A DNA stretch of 64,000 bases from an uncultured Alphaproteobacteria bacterium (lineage in GTDB: Bacteria > Pseudomonadota > Alphaproteobacteria > Rhizobiales > Beijerinckiaceae): NCBI GenBank assembly GCA_963699455.1, contig CAVOTY010000006.1, positions 1,392,944 through 1,456,943 on the forward strand, read 5' to 3'. The notes beneath the pieces are model-generated. The model saw only the letters and a list, made by a program, of their open reading frames with translations. It was not told the origin of the DNA and did not search any database. Positions 41,355 to 49,169 of the stretch are shown here, piece after piece. Each line of letters opens with the position of its first letter. Position 1 is the first letter of the stretch. The position numbers and the translations under genes are program-made.

Positions 41355-42931
41355 CCTTGATGTCCTCTCCCGCAGCGAGCGAGGCGCGAAGCTGGTCCTT
41401 CTCGCTCTCCAACCGCGCGGTATTCATATTCGTCTCGGCGCTGATGTTTCTGCCTTCGGCGCTGTTCGCCGCCGGTCTGCGGCCGGTTCCGGCGTTTTTC
41501 GTGCTCGCGGGCTGCGTCGGCGGCCTCGCGCTGATCGCGGCGCGCCCGTCGAGCGCCGAGGGCGGCCTGCTTAACGCGCCCGCCGACGCGGCGCGGCTTT
41601 CGCTCTGCATCGCGCTGGCGTGCGCCATCCTGGTGCTCGGCGGCGAAGGACATCTCGTTTACGCGCCGCTCGACTGGCGCATTCGCGACGCCGTCCTCTC
41701 CGATCTGACGCAGGGCTCGTTTCCCGTTGGCTACACTTCGGCGGGCGTCGACTATATTCTGCGGGCGCCGCTCGGCATGTATATGCTGCCGGCGGCGGTT
41801 GGCCGCGTCCTCGGCCTGGCGAGCGCGCATGTGGTCATGCTCGCTCAAAATTCGCTCATGCTCGGCTCGATATTCTACTTTCTCATATCGCTCGGCGGCG
41901 GCTGGCCGCGCCTGGCGATATTGGTTTTCTACAGCGGGCTCTCCATACTCGGCGCGGCCCTGGGCTTCATGATCAGCAAGGATTACACATACTATCGCTT
42001 GTGGTGGCTCGGGCTCGACTCGTGGCACCCGATGTTCCAGTATTCCAGCAGCATGGTCCAGTTTTTCTGGGTGCCCAATCACGCGCTGCCGGGTTGGTGG
42101 CTGGCGACCCTGCTCATCTTGAAGGCGAGGTCCGAGGTCGATCTCGCGACGCTGGGCGTTTCGCTCGCGGCGGCGGTGTTCTGGTCGCCGCTCGTTGTCA
42201 TACCCATCGCCTTTTGGCTGGTTTATCTCGCGGCCAGCGATTGGCGGAGCCTGCTGGCGTCGCGCTTGTGGCTTGGCGCGCTCGCCGGGGCCTGCTTCCT
42301 GCCCATCGTGCTGTATCTCGTGCTGGGCTCCTCGAAGATCGAGCATGGCCTCGGCTTCGACCAACCGGTGTTCATGCCGCTGTACATCATCTTCATGGCG
42401 GCGCAGATTCCAGCCATTCGGCTTATCTTCCAAAACCGGGAATTTCTGCAACCCGCGATGCGCGGACTGTATTATTTCGCGACCCTGTCCTTGCTCGCCC
42501 TGCCGCTGTTCAACTTTGGACCCGCCAACGATCTGGTCATGCGCGCGTCCATAGCGCCGCTCGCCATTGTCGCTTTCATGTTTGGCGGGATTATCCAGGA
42601 CGCCAGGGTTTCCAAGCGGTCGCGCCATATCGGGCTGGCGCTGCTCTTGCTGATGACGCCGTCGGCGCTGGTGGAGTTCACGCGCGATCTGACCTATTCG
42701 CGCTATAATTTCAGCGACTGCTCGATATTCGAGGCGCAACACCAGATGGGCCGCGAGGAGTTTCCGGCCAACTACGCCGTCGAAAGCGCCAAGATCCCGT
42801 CCTGGCTGATCGATGTTAAAGGCGCCCCGCTGTCCACGGCGCGCCCGCGCGAATGCTGGACGGAAATCGAAACATTGAAACAAGTCGAGCGCGACTTTGA
42901 AAAGATCAGGCCGCGCGATCGCAAGCCATGA
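41351..42931 (+). CDS. large polytopic membrane protein (GT-C/O-antigen-polymerase-like), function unknown
   Basis: ATGA overlap with gtrA. About 526 aa with at least 12 TM helices and a soluble C-terminal tail. Confidence 0.65.
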   Translation: MTLMSSPAASEARSWSFSLSNRAVFIFVSALMFLPSALFAAGLRPVPAFFVLAGCVGGLALIAARPSSAEGGLLNAPADAARLSLCIALACAILVLGGEGHLVYAPLDWRIRDAVLSDLTQGSFPVGYTSAGVDYILRAPLGMYMLPAAVGRVLGLASAHVVMLAQNSLMLGSIFYFLISLGGGWPRLAILVFYSGLSILGAALGFMISKDYTYYRLWWLGLDSWHPMFQYSSSMVQFFWVPNHALPGWWLATLLILKARSEVDLATLGVSLAAAVFWSPLVVIPIAFWLVYLAASDWRSLLASRLWLGALAGACFLPIVLYLVLGSSKIEHGLGFDQPVFMPLYIIFMAAQIPAIRLIFQNREFLQPAMRGLYYFATLSLLALPLFNFGPANDLVMRASIAPLAIVAFMFGGIIQDARVSKRSRHIGLALLLLMTPSALVEFTRDLTYSRYNFSDCSIFEAQHQMGREEFPANYAVESAKIPSWLIDVKGAPLSTARPRECWTEIETLKQVERDFEKIRPRDRKP

Positions 42932-43028
42932 TCAAAACAACCTTGCGCGCGGCTCCAACGCCGCGCGCCGACCCCCTGGGATCGGACGGCGACACCGGCC
43001 GAGGACGCGCCGCGCCGGGCTCGCCGCG

Positions 43029-43331
43029 TCAGGCGGCCCTATTCTCCGCCGATGCCGGCCGAGCGGCCTTCAGTTGCTCGAAGACCATGGACAGTCCGTC
43101 CTTTCGCCCGGCGGGCGACTCGCTTTTGCTGGCGTAACGCGCCTCGCGCGCCACCAATTTCTTGATGCGCCGGTCGTTCCACCACCACAACAGAAAAACG
43201 AACACGGCGATGGCGCCGAGCGCCGAATAGGGCTCCGACGGAGCGAACGCCGAGAAATCGGGGGCGCATTCGTTTGCATAGGTGCAAGCGTCGGTCCAAT
43301 CCTGAAACCATTGCTTGGGCGTTTCCATCAT
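43029..43331 (-). CDS. small single-pass membrane protein with CTYAxEC motif (paralog A)
   Basis: SD GAGGA. W.QDWTDACTYANECAPDFS..APSEPYSALGAIAVFVFLLWWWNDRRIKK...REAR...AENRAA. The second ATG (43328) aligns with paralog B. Confidence 0.6.
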   Translation of the reverse strand: MMETPKQWFQDWTDACTYANECAPDFSAFAPSEPYSALGAIAVFVFLLWWWNDRRIKKLVAREARYASKSESPAGRKDGLSMVFEQLKAARPASAENRAA

Positions 43332-43770
43332 ATCCTCGTCGTAAATGTCACGCGGTCCGGCGCCGATGACGCCAAAAACCGCCTTTGGCGAGCCCGCCTA
43401 CCGCATCGCAGCAAGAAACGCGCCAAGCTTGACGGCAAGCCCTTATCGACGCGCTACAGCCAGATTTTCCGATTTACACCCGGGCCAGGCTCACCAAGGG
43501 GTTGAGTGGGACCCCATCGCCTCCCCGCGCACGCCGAACCCGTCGCCGCTCCTGTCCGCCTCCGCGACCGTGTCAGCTTCATATAGCGCGTCGCGGCGAG
43601 GGTTGCGAGGGGCGGCGCGCAAATATTTTGTGCACTGCAATAGATTTTGCGATTGATGCGCGCGGCGGACCGCGCCAAACGAGGGCGGCGTCGAATCAAT
43701 CCGCCTGAAAAATCGGGAGCGCCCAGTTGAACTTGGGATCGACGCCAGCGCGCGAGCCCACGACGAATGG

Positions 43771-44061
43771 TCACGCCGCCCGGTTTTCGGCCGGCGCGCG
43801 ATCCATATCCCGCATTTCCTCGAGGAGCCGGCGCAATTCGCCGCCGTCGACATCATCCTCTCGCGCGAAACGCGCTTCCCGCGACAGGATTTTTTTCAGC
43901 CGGCGCTCGTTCCACCACCACAGCAGCAGCGCGCCGGCGGCGATGCTGGCGAGCGCCGAATAGGGCTCCGCCGGCGCCAGCGACGATAGGTCGGGAGCGC
44001 ATTCGCCCGCATAGGTGCAAGCGTCGCTCCAATCCCGAAACCACGCGCTGAGCGCTTCCAT
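43771..44061 (-). CDS. small single-pass membrane protein with CTYAxEC motif (paralog B)
   Basis: SD GAGGA. WFRDWSDACTYAGECAPDLS..APAEPYSALASIAAGALLLWWWNERRLKK...REAR...AENRAA. Clear nucleotide-level similarity to 43029-43331. Confidence 0.6.
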   Translation of the reverse strand: MEALSAWFRDWSDACTYAGECAPDLSSLAPAEPYSALASIAAGALLLWWWNERRLKKILSREARFAREDDVDGGELRRLLEEMRDMDRAPAENRAA

Positions 44062-44194
44062 GTTATCCTCGTGCCGGCTGTCATGAGCGGGCGCCATGGC
44101 CTCGCGGCGCAAACTATCGCGGCAATTCCTTATGGACCGGTTAAGCGCGCGTTAGCACAAACGCCAGGGGACTTTATGACGCGCCACTCACATT

Positions 44195-44237
44195 CCGCCG
44201 CCAGGCGATCAGCCCCGCCGTCGAGGCGACCGGCGCC
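44195..44237. repeat. direct repeat copy L (ghost copy of the pgi 3' end)
   Basis: 39/43 nt identical to 44876-44918: ccgccgccaggcgatcaGccccgccgtcgaGgcgAccGgcgcc. Confidence 0.8.
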
Positions 44238-44262
44238 TTGAATGTCAGGCCAACCGAACCCT

Positions 44263-44535
44263 TCAGTCGTCGAATATGTCCGAGTGAGCGCCGGTGCGCG
44301 CAAGCTGCAATTCGTCGCCGGCGATGCGATAAAGCAGCAGCCAATCCGGCTCAACATGCAGGTCGCGAAAGCCTTTCCAGTCGCCCTTTAGCGGGTGATC
44401 CCGATATTCGGGAGGAAGCGGATCGCCCGCCATGAGCAGCAACAAGACGGCTTTGAGCTTTCCCAAGTCCTTGTCGCGCTTTTCCGCCCGCTTGACATCC
44501 TTCTTGAAGCGGCCCGAGACGACGGGTTTGAGCAT
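44263..44535 (-). CDS. yafQ: type II toxin, YafQ/RelE-family mRNA interferase
   Basis: F.KDVKRAEKRDKDL.KL..V..LL..G.PLP.EYRDH.L.G.W.G.R..H.EPDWLL.Y. TAATG overlap with the antitoxin. Confidence 0.9.
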   Translation of the reverse strand: MLKPVVSGRFKKDVKRAEKRDKDLGKLKAVLLLLMAGDPLPPEYRDHPLKGDWKGFRDLHVEPDWLLLYRIAGDELQLARTGAHSDIFDD

Positions 44536-44792
44536 TAAAGGTCAAAATCCTTGAACAAGGCCGCGCCGTTTTCAAAACGCTCGCCCTTGCCCGCGATGAG
44601 CTCGTTCATTGCCTTGGCGCTCTCGGTGTTCGGCGCCGGCGTTTCGAACGGCAGTCTTCGCTCATCGGCGACGCGAAGCAAAAGCAGGCGAATTGCGTCG
44701 GAAATCGATAGGCCCATAGCCTCGAGCGCCTCGGCCGCGCGCTTTTTGGTGGCGGCGTCGATTCTTGCCTGGACAATTTCATCGGCGGCCAT
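44535..44792 (-). CDS. dinJ: type II antitoxin, DinJ/RelB family
   Basis: VQARID...K..A...LE.MGLSISDAIRLLL..V. Ribbon-helix-helix N-terminus. Confidence 0.9.
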   Translation of the reverse strand: MAADEIVQARIDAATKKRAAEALEAMGLSISDAIRLLLLRVADERRLPFETPAPNTESAKAMNELIAGKGERFENGAALFKDFDL

Positions 44793-44863
44793 GTCGGTTC
44801 CTTCCTGGCAAGATGAAGCGTGATTTTAGGCTTGCGCGGTAGATCTTCAAGGAAGATCGTCAA

Positions 44864-46505
44864 TTATCGCGAGCCCCGCCGCCAGGCGATCAACCCCGCC
44901 GTCGACGCGTCCAGCGCCGCCGTCGACGCGGTGGAATCCTCGACGATCGGCGCGAGGCGGTTCGCCAGTTCCTTGCCGAGTTCGACGCCCCATTGGTCGA
45001 ACGGGTTGATGTCCCAGATCACCGACTGCGTGAACACCTTGTGCTCATACAGCGCGACCAGCCGGCCCAGCGCGCGCGGATCGAGCTTGCGGTACATCAG
45101 CGTGCTCGACGGGCGGTCGCCGGAGAAAACCTTGTGCGGCGCGAGGCGCTCCACATCCGCTTCGGACCGCCCCTCCCCGCGCAGCAAGGCCTTGGCCTCC
45201 TCCAACGTCCTCCCGCGCATAAAGGCTTCGCCTTGGGCGAGGCAGTTGGCGAACAGCAGCGCGTGGTGATGGGGGTCGGCGGCGACCGGTTCGGCGGCGA
45301 CGAGGAAATCGATCGGCGTGACGTCGGTACCCTGGTGCAGCAATTGGAAAAACGCGTGCTGGCCATTGGTGCCGGGCTCGCCGAAAATCACCGGGCCGGT
45401 GGCGGTTTCGACCGGCGCGCCGCCGCGCGTCGCGGACTTGCCGTTCGAACTCCATGTCAAGTTGTTGCAAATAGGCGGGAAAACGGGCGAGCCGCTGGTC
45501 GTAGGGGATCACCGCATGAGCGGCGCGGCCCAGAATATTGCGATGCCACACGCCCAACAGGCCCATCAGCGCCGGGATGTTTTTTTCAAGCGGCGCCACG
45601 CGAAAATGCACGTCGATGTCGAATCCGCCGCGCAAAAACTCCATGAAGTTTTCGCGTCCGACGCCGATCGCCAGCGCCAGGCCGATCGACGACCACAGGG
45701 AGTAACGCCCGCCGACCCAATCCCAAAAGCCGAACACCCGCTCGGGGTTGATGCCAAATTCGGCGACCTTGTCGAGCCGCGTCGAGACGGCGGCGAAATG
45801 GCTCGGCACCGCCGCCTCGCCCAGCGTCGCGACCACGCGGGCCCGCGCGCTCCGCGCGTTGGCCATCGTCTCCTGTGTCGTAAATGTCTTTGACGAAACG
45901 ATAAACAGCGTTCGCGACAAATCCAGCGGCGCCAATGTGTCGGCGAGATCGGCGCCGTCGACATTGGCGACGAAATGGGTTCGCGGCCCCGCGCCGCGCC
46001 ACGGCGACAGCGCCCGCGCCGCCATCGCCGGACCCAAGTCCGAGCCGCCGATGCCGATATTCACTATATCCGTGAAGGATTTACCTCCGGCGCCGGCCGC
46101 CGCGCCGGAGCGCACGGCGTCCGCGAAGGCCAGCGCGCGCTCGCGCGTCGCCTCGATTTCCCCTCGCATATCAACGCCTTGCACGAGGAGCGGCTTGGTC
46201 GAGAGATCGCGCAGCGCCATGTGCATGGCGGCGCGGCCCTCCGTATTATTGACGGGCTCGCCGGCGAACAGCGCGGCGCGCCGGCCTTCGAGATCGCGCG
46301 CCCTGGCGAGGTCCACCAGCAGCCCCAGCGTCTCGCGAGTGATCTTGTGCTTGGAGAAGTCGAACAGCAGACCGTCGCATTCGACGGAAAACTCTTTAAA
46401 ACGCAATGAGTTGTGGGCGAACAACTCACGCGTCCGCACGCCCGCCAGGGCCTTGGCGTGAGCGTCGAGGGCTTGGAAGGCCGAGGCGACGGCGGTCTGC
46501 GGCAT
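44864..46505 (-). pseudogene. pgi: glucose-6-phosphate isomerase, reading frame interrupted by one extra nucleotide at 45448-45449
   Basis: The N-terminal part runs from ATG 46505 (…IGIGGSDLGP…AYLQQLDME). The C-terminal part lies in ORF 44864..45460 (SNGKSATRGG…GEPGTNGQHAFFQLLHQGT…). Length is 1642 nt = 3n+1. Confidence 0.9.
44876..44918. repeat. direct repeat copy R (authentic pgi 3' coding end)
   Basis: See 44195-44237. Encodes ...STAGLIAWRR of Pgi. Confidence 0.8.
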
Positions 46506-46740
46506 GTCGGAGCCTTTGCGAAAAGGGGCCATGAGAGCGGGCGCGAATCGCGCCGCCGCACAATAGCAAAACCCCGCCGCTCCCGCTTCAGCCCCGAAAT
46601 CCATGCGCGAAACGCGCATTTTCGCGCATCGGACCCGCGTTTTTCGCGCGCGCCGCGCATTTTCGCGCTTCTGGCCAACCGGCGCCCCGGGCGACGCCGG
46701 ACCCGCCCCCGCGTCAAAGCCGTTCGGAAAGTATTATGAC

Positions 46741-46772
46741 AGCTTTTTTGCTATATTATGACAAAAACATGT
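46741..46772. promoter_or_regulatory. two direct copies of TATTATGACA in the pgi / 46818 divergent intergenic region
   Basis: Copies at 46741-46750 and 46763-46772, 22 bp centre to centre, in an AT-rich patch. Confidence 0.35.
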
Positions 46773-46817
46773 GAAACCTATATCGGTTCAATGACGTTTC
46801 CCCGACGGGAGAAGTAA

Positions 46818-47858
46818 ATGAATTTCATTCCGTTTATCGACGCCCGCCGCGGCGGTCCGATCGCCCATGCGACGGCTCGCGTCCACGCCGCGGCGGCGTT
46901 GCGCGAGGCATGCCTCGCGCCGATGCCGCGTTGGGGGCAACATTTTTGCCTGTCGTCGATCGACCGCATCGCGGCGCGCTGGCTGCGGAGCTCGGTTTCC
47001 ACCTATGCTGGAGACCTCGAGCATGTCGCGCGGATTTTGGGCGCGCCCGGCGCGCTGGCGCTGAACATGTCCTATCTTTTCGCCTGCACGACCTCGGCCG
47101 CGCCGGGGCCGGGCGGCGCCCCGCTGCTGCGCCGCTCGCTCGACTGGCCGTTTTCGGGGCTTGGCCGCTGCGTCGAAATCGCCTGGCAATCCGGGCCGGC
47201 CGGCGAGTTTTACAATGTCACCTGGCCGGGCGCCGTCGGCGTGCTCACCGCCATGGCGCCCGGACGCTTTTGCGCGGTCATCAATCAGGCGCCGATGCGC
47301 CGCCGCACCCGCGGCGTGCTGGGCATTCCCTATGACGCGGCGGTCAATCTCGGCAACGCGCTGCTGCGCGAGGACGGCTGGCCGCCGGATCATCTGCTGC
47401 GCCTCGCCTTCGAAACTTGCGCGACCTTCGAGGACGCCATCGCGCTGCTGGCGCGCGAGCCGCTGGCCCGCCCGGCGATGTTCACGCTGACCGGGGCGCG
47501 GCCGGGCGAAATGGCCGTGGTCGAGCGCACCGAGCGCGAGGCGCTGGTGGTGCGCGGCCCGGTGATCGTCGCCAACGACTGGCAGACCCCGCGCGACGGC
47601 TGGAACGGCCGCATGGGCTTTGCGAACAACGAGGCGCGCAAGGCCGGGATGCGAAGCTTCACGCCGGACGGCCCGCGGTTTCGCTGGGCCGTGCCGCCCG
47701 TTCTCAACCCGACGACGCGGCTCGTCGTGGAGATGTCGGCGCAAGGCGTCGGCGAACTTTTCGCGCGAGGCTACGAAGCTCCGGCCTGGAACGCCCTGCC
47801 GACGCCGGCTACTCGGGACTTTTGCCTCGACGACGCGGCGCCGGCCATGGCGGCGTAA
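46818..47858 (+). CDS. hypothetical protein, possibly an Ntn-hydrolase (C45/acyltransferase-like) family member
   Basis: 346 aa with SD GGGAGAAG. An internal ...YLFA-CTT... resembles the autoproteolytic G/A-CTT site of C45 peptidases. Weak, from memory only. Confidence 0.5.
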   Translation: MNFIPFIDARRGGPIAHATARVHAAAALREACLAPMPRWGQHFCLSSIDRIAARWLRSSVSTYAGDLEHVARILGAPGALALNMSYLFACTTSAAPGPGGAPLLRRSLDWPFSGLGRCVEIAWQSGPAGEFYNVTWPGAVGVLTAMAPGRFCAVINQAPMRRRTRGVLGIPYDAAVNLGNALLREDGWPPDHLLRLAFETCATFEDAIALLAREPLARPAMFTLTGARPGEMAVVERTEREALVVRGPVIVANDWQTPRDGWNGRMGFANNEARKAGMRSFTPDGPRFRWAVPPVLNPTTRLVVEMSAQGVGELFARGYEAPAWNALPTPATRDFCLDDAAPAMAA

Positions 47859-48065
47859 GAGGATCAACCGGTTCTCGCGGCCGTTGCGCTCCGCGCGGTT
47901 CCCGGATTACGCCAACAGGGTGGCGTCTCGCTTTGAATGGGGTGTCGCGGAGATGGTTGCCGTTTCCGGCCACAACTGATTCCCAGGCGGTATTCAAGCT
48001 CCGCCCCTCACGCCTTCGCGCGTCACCCACGACAACCTCCAATGGTTCGACGCGGCGCGAAGCTC

Positions 48066-48839
48066 TCAGTGAAAGAAAAAATCCTGGGTCGCGAAAAATG
48101 AACCGCCCGGGGGTGGCGGCGCGTGAACGGAACCGACAATTCGTCTCGCGAGCGCCGCGTGCGCTGGAGTCGATCCGGAGGCGTAAATTCCAACGATGGC
48201 TCCCCAGCCCGTGACGTGGAAAACGACATGCGCGGAACCCGGACCAAGGTCGCTCCGCGGCGGTGTATGCCGCCTGATCGCGATCGCGAGCTGCGCCGCG
48301 TAATTCATCTTGCCGCCAGCGGGCGCGCGTCCCTCTGGCAAGCCAAGGGGGCGATGCCCGCGCGGCCCGCCTCCGTGTCCCGACGCGCCCCCCACCAACC
48401 CCCCTCGCGGTCCGCCTCCTTCCCGGGGGGCGTGCGCCACGACGGCTCTAGGTTTGACGACGGACTTCTTCGGTTCGATGACTTCCTTTTTCACAGTTGG
48501 GTCCGGTAAGTCGTCCGGCGACATAATCATCGGCGGCGGTATCGCGAGATCGGGCTCGTCGGACATTTCCGCGGGTTCGGGCGGCGGCAACTCTTCGTCG
48601 GACGCGTCCTGTTCCTCTGAACCGAAGGGGCCTTCCGTCGAGCCGAAGGGGTCGCCGTACGGCACCAGCGTGGCGTCAAGTATGTGGTAGGTTGGGGCGG
48701 GGGCTAGAACGGAAATCATCGCCACGGCGAAATGAAGCGCAAGCACGCCACCCGTCGCGACGGGTGGCAACCACGGCGGCTTCACGGGCGGATAGGATGA
48801 GTCTTCGGCTCCAAAAGAGAAAAGTGTCGCATCGTTCAT
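48066..48839 (-). CDS. TonB-family energy transducer-like protein
   Basis: N-terminal TM helix, a Pro/Glu-rich spacer (EELPPPEPAE...PPPMI) and a C-terminal TonB_C-like domain (Y...L...I.RH......G.GSAHVVF.V...G.I....ASGS...). Confidence 0.7.
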   Translation of the reverse strand: MNDATLFSFGAEDSSYPPVKPPWLPPVATGGVLALHFAVAMISVLAPAPTYHILDATLVPYGDPFGSTEGPFGSEEQDASDEELPPPEPAEMSDEPDLAIPPPMIMSPDDLPDPTVKKEVIEPKKSVVKPRAVVAHAPREGGGPRGGLVGGASGHGGGPRGHRPLGLPEGRAPAGGKMNYAAQLAIAIRRHTPPRSDLGPGSAHVVFHVTGWGAIVGIYASGSTPAHAALARRIVGSVHAPPPPGGSFFATQDFFFH

Positions 48840-49169
48840 CGGCGTCGCCACCCTTGTCTGCTTTGCAATCTTTCAAACTGCATCGGACGCGCTAGCGCTC
48901 GGCGATCATAACGGCGACACGAATCGTTTGTTCTTCGACCCGCTCGCGACGCCGATCGCATTAATCTAGCCCGTGGTCGTTGAGCGGCGCGGGGAATGGA
49001 ATCGTCAAACATCTTCGACCCATTGAGGCGCAATCCGTTCACGCGTTTATCACTGTGAAACCCTTTTTTAATAAAAGCTTGGCGGAGAAAAATCAATCTT
49101 CCGGCGCAAGGCGCGCGCCCGGAGTCCTGGTTCAAAAGCGGAGTTTCTCGTTATTCTGTTGGTGACTCC

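Noticed and set aside
39229-42883. Minus-strand ORFs 39229..40656 (475 aa) and 41312..42883 (523 aa).
   Set aside because: They are antisense to the RfbH-like, GtrA and membrane-protein genes. They are extremely Arg-rich with no motifs, and the plus-strand genes are translationally coupled.
43332-43770. ORFs in the spacer between the two small paralogs (e.g. 43345..43656 +, 43454..43774 -, 43491..43856 -).
   Set aside because: They have no SD, an Arg/Ser/Pro-rich composition and overlap each other. They are treated as non-coding, although a regulatory RNA cannot be excluded.
46788-47867. 359-aa minus-strand ORF overlapping the 46818..47858 plus ORF.
   Set aside because: The minus product is Arg-rich and low complexity. 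The plus ORF has an SD and balanced composition, so it was preferred, though neither has strong homology evidence.
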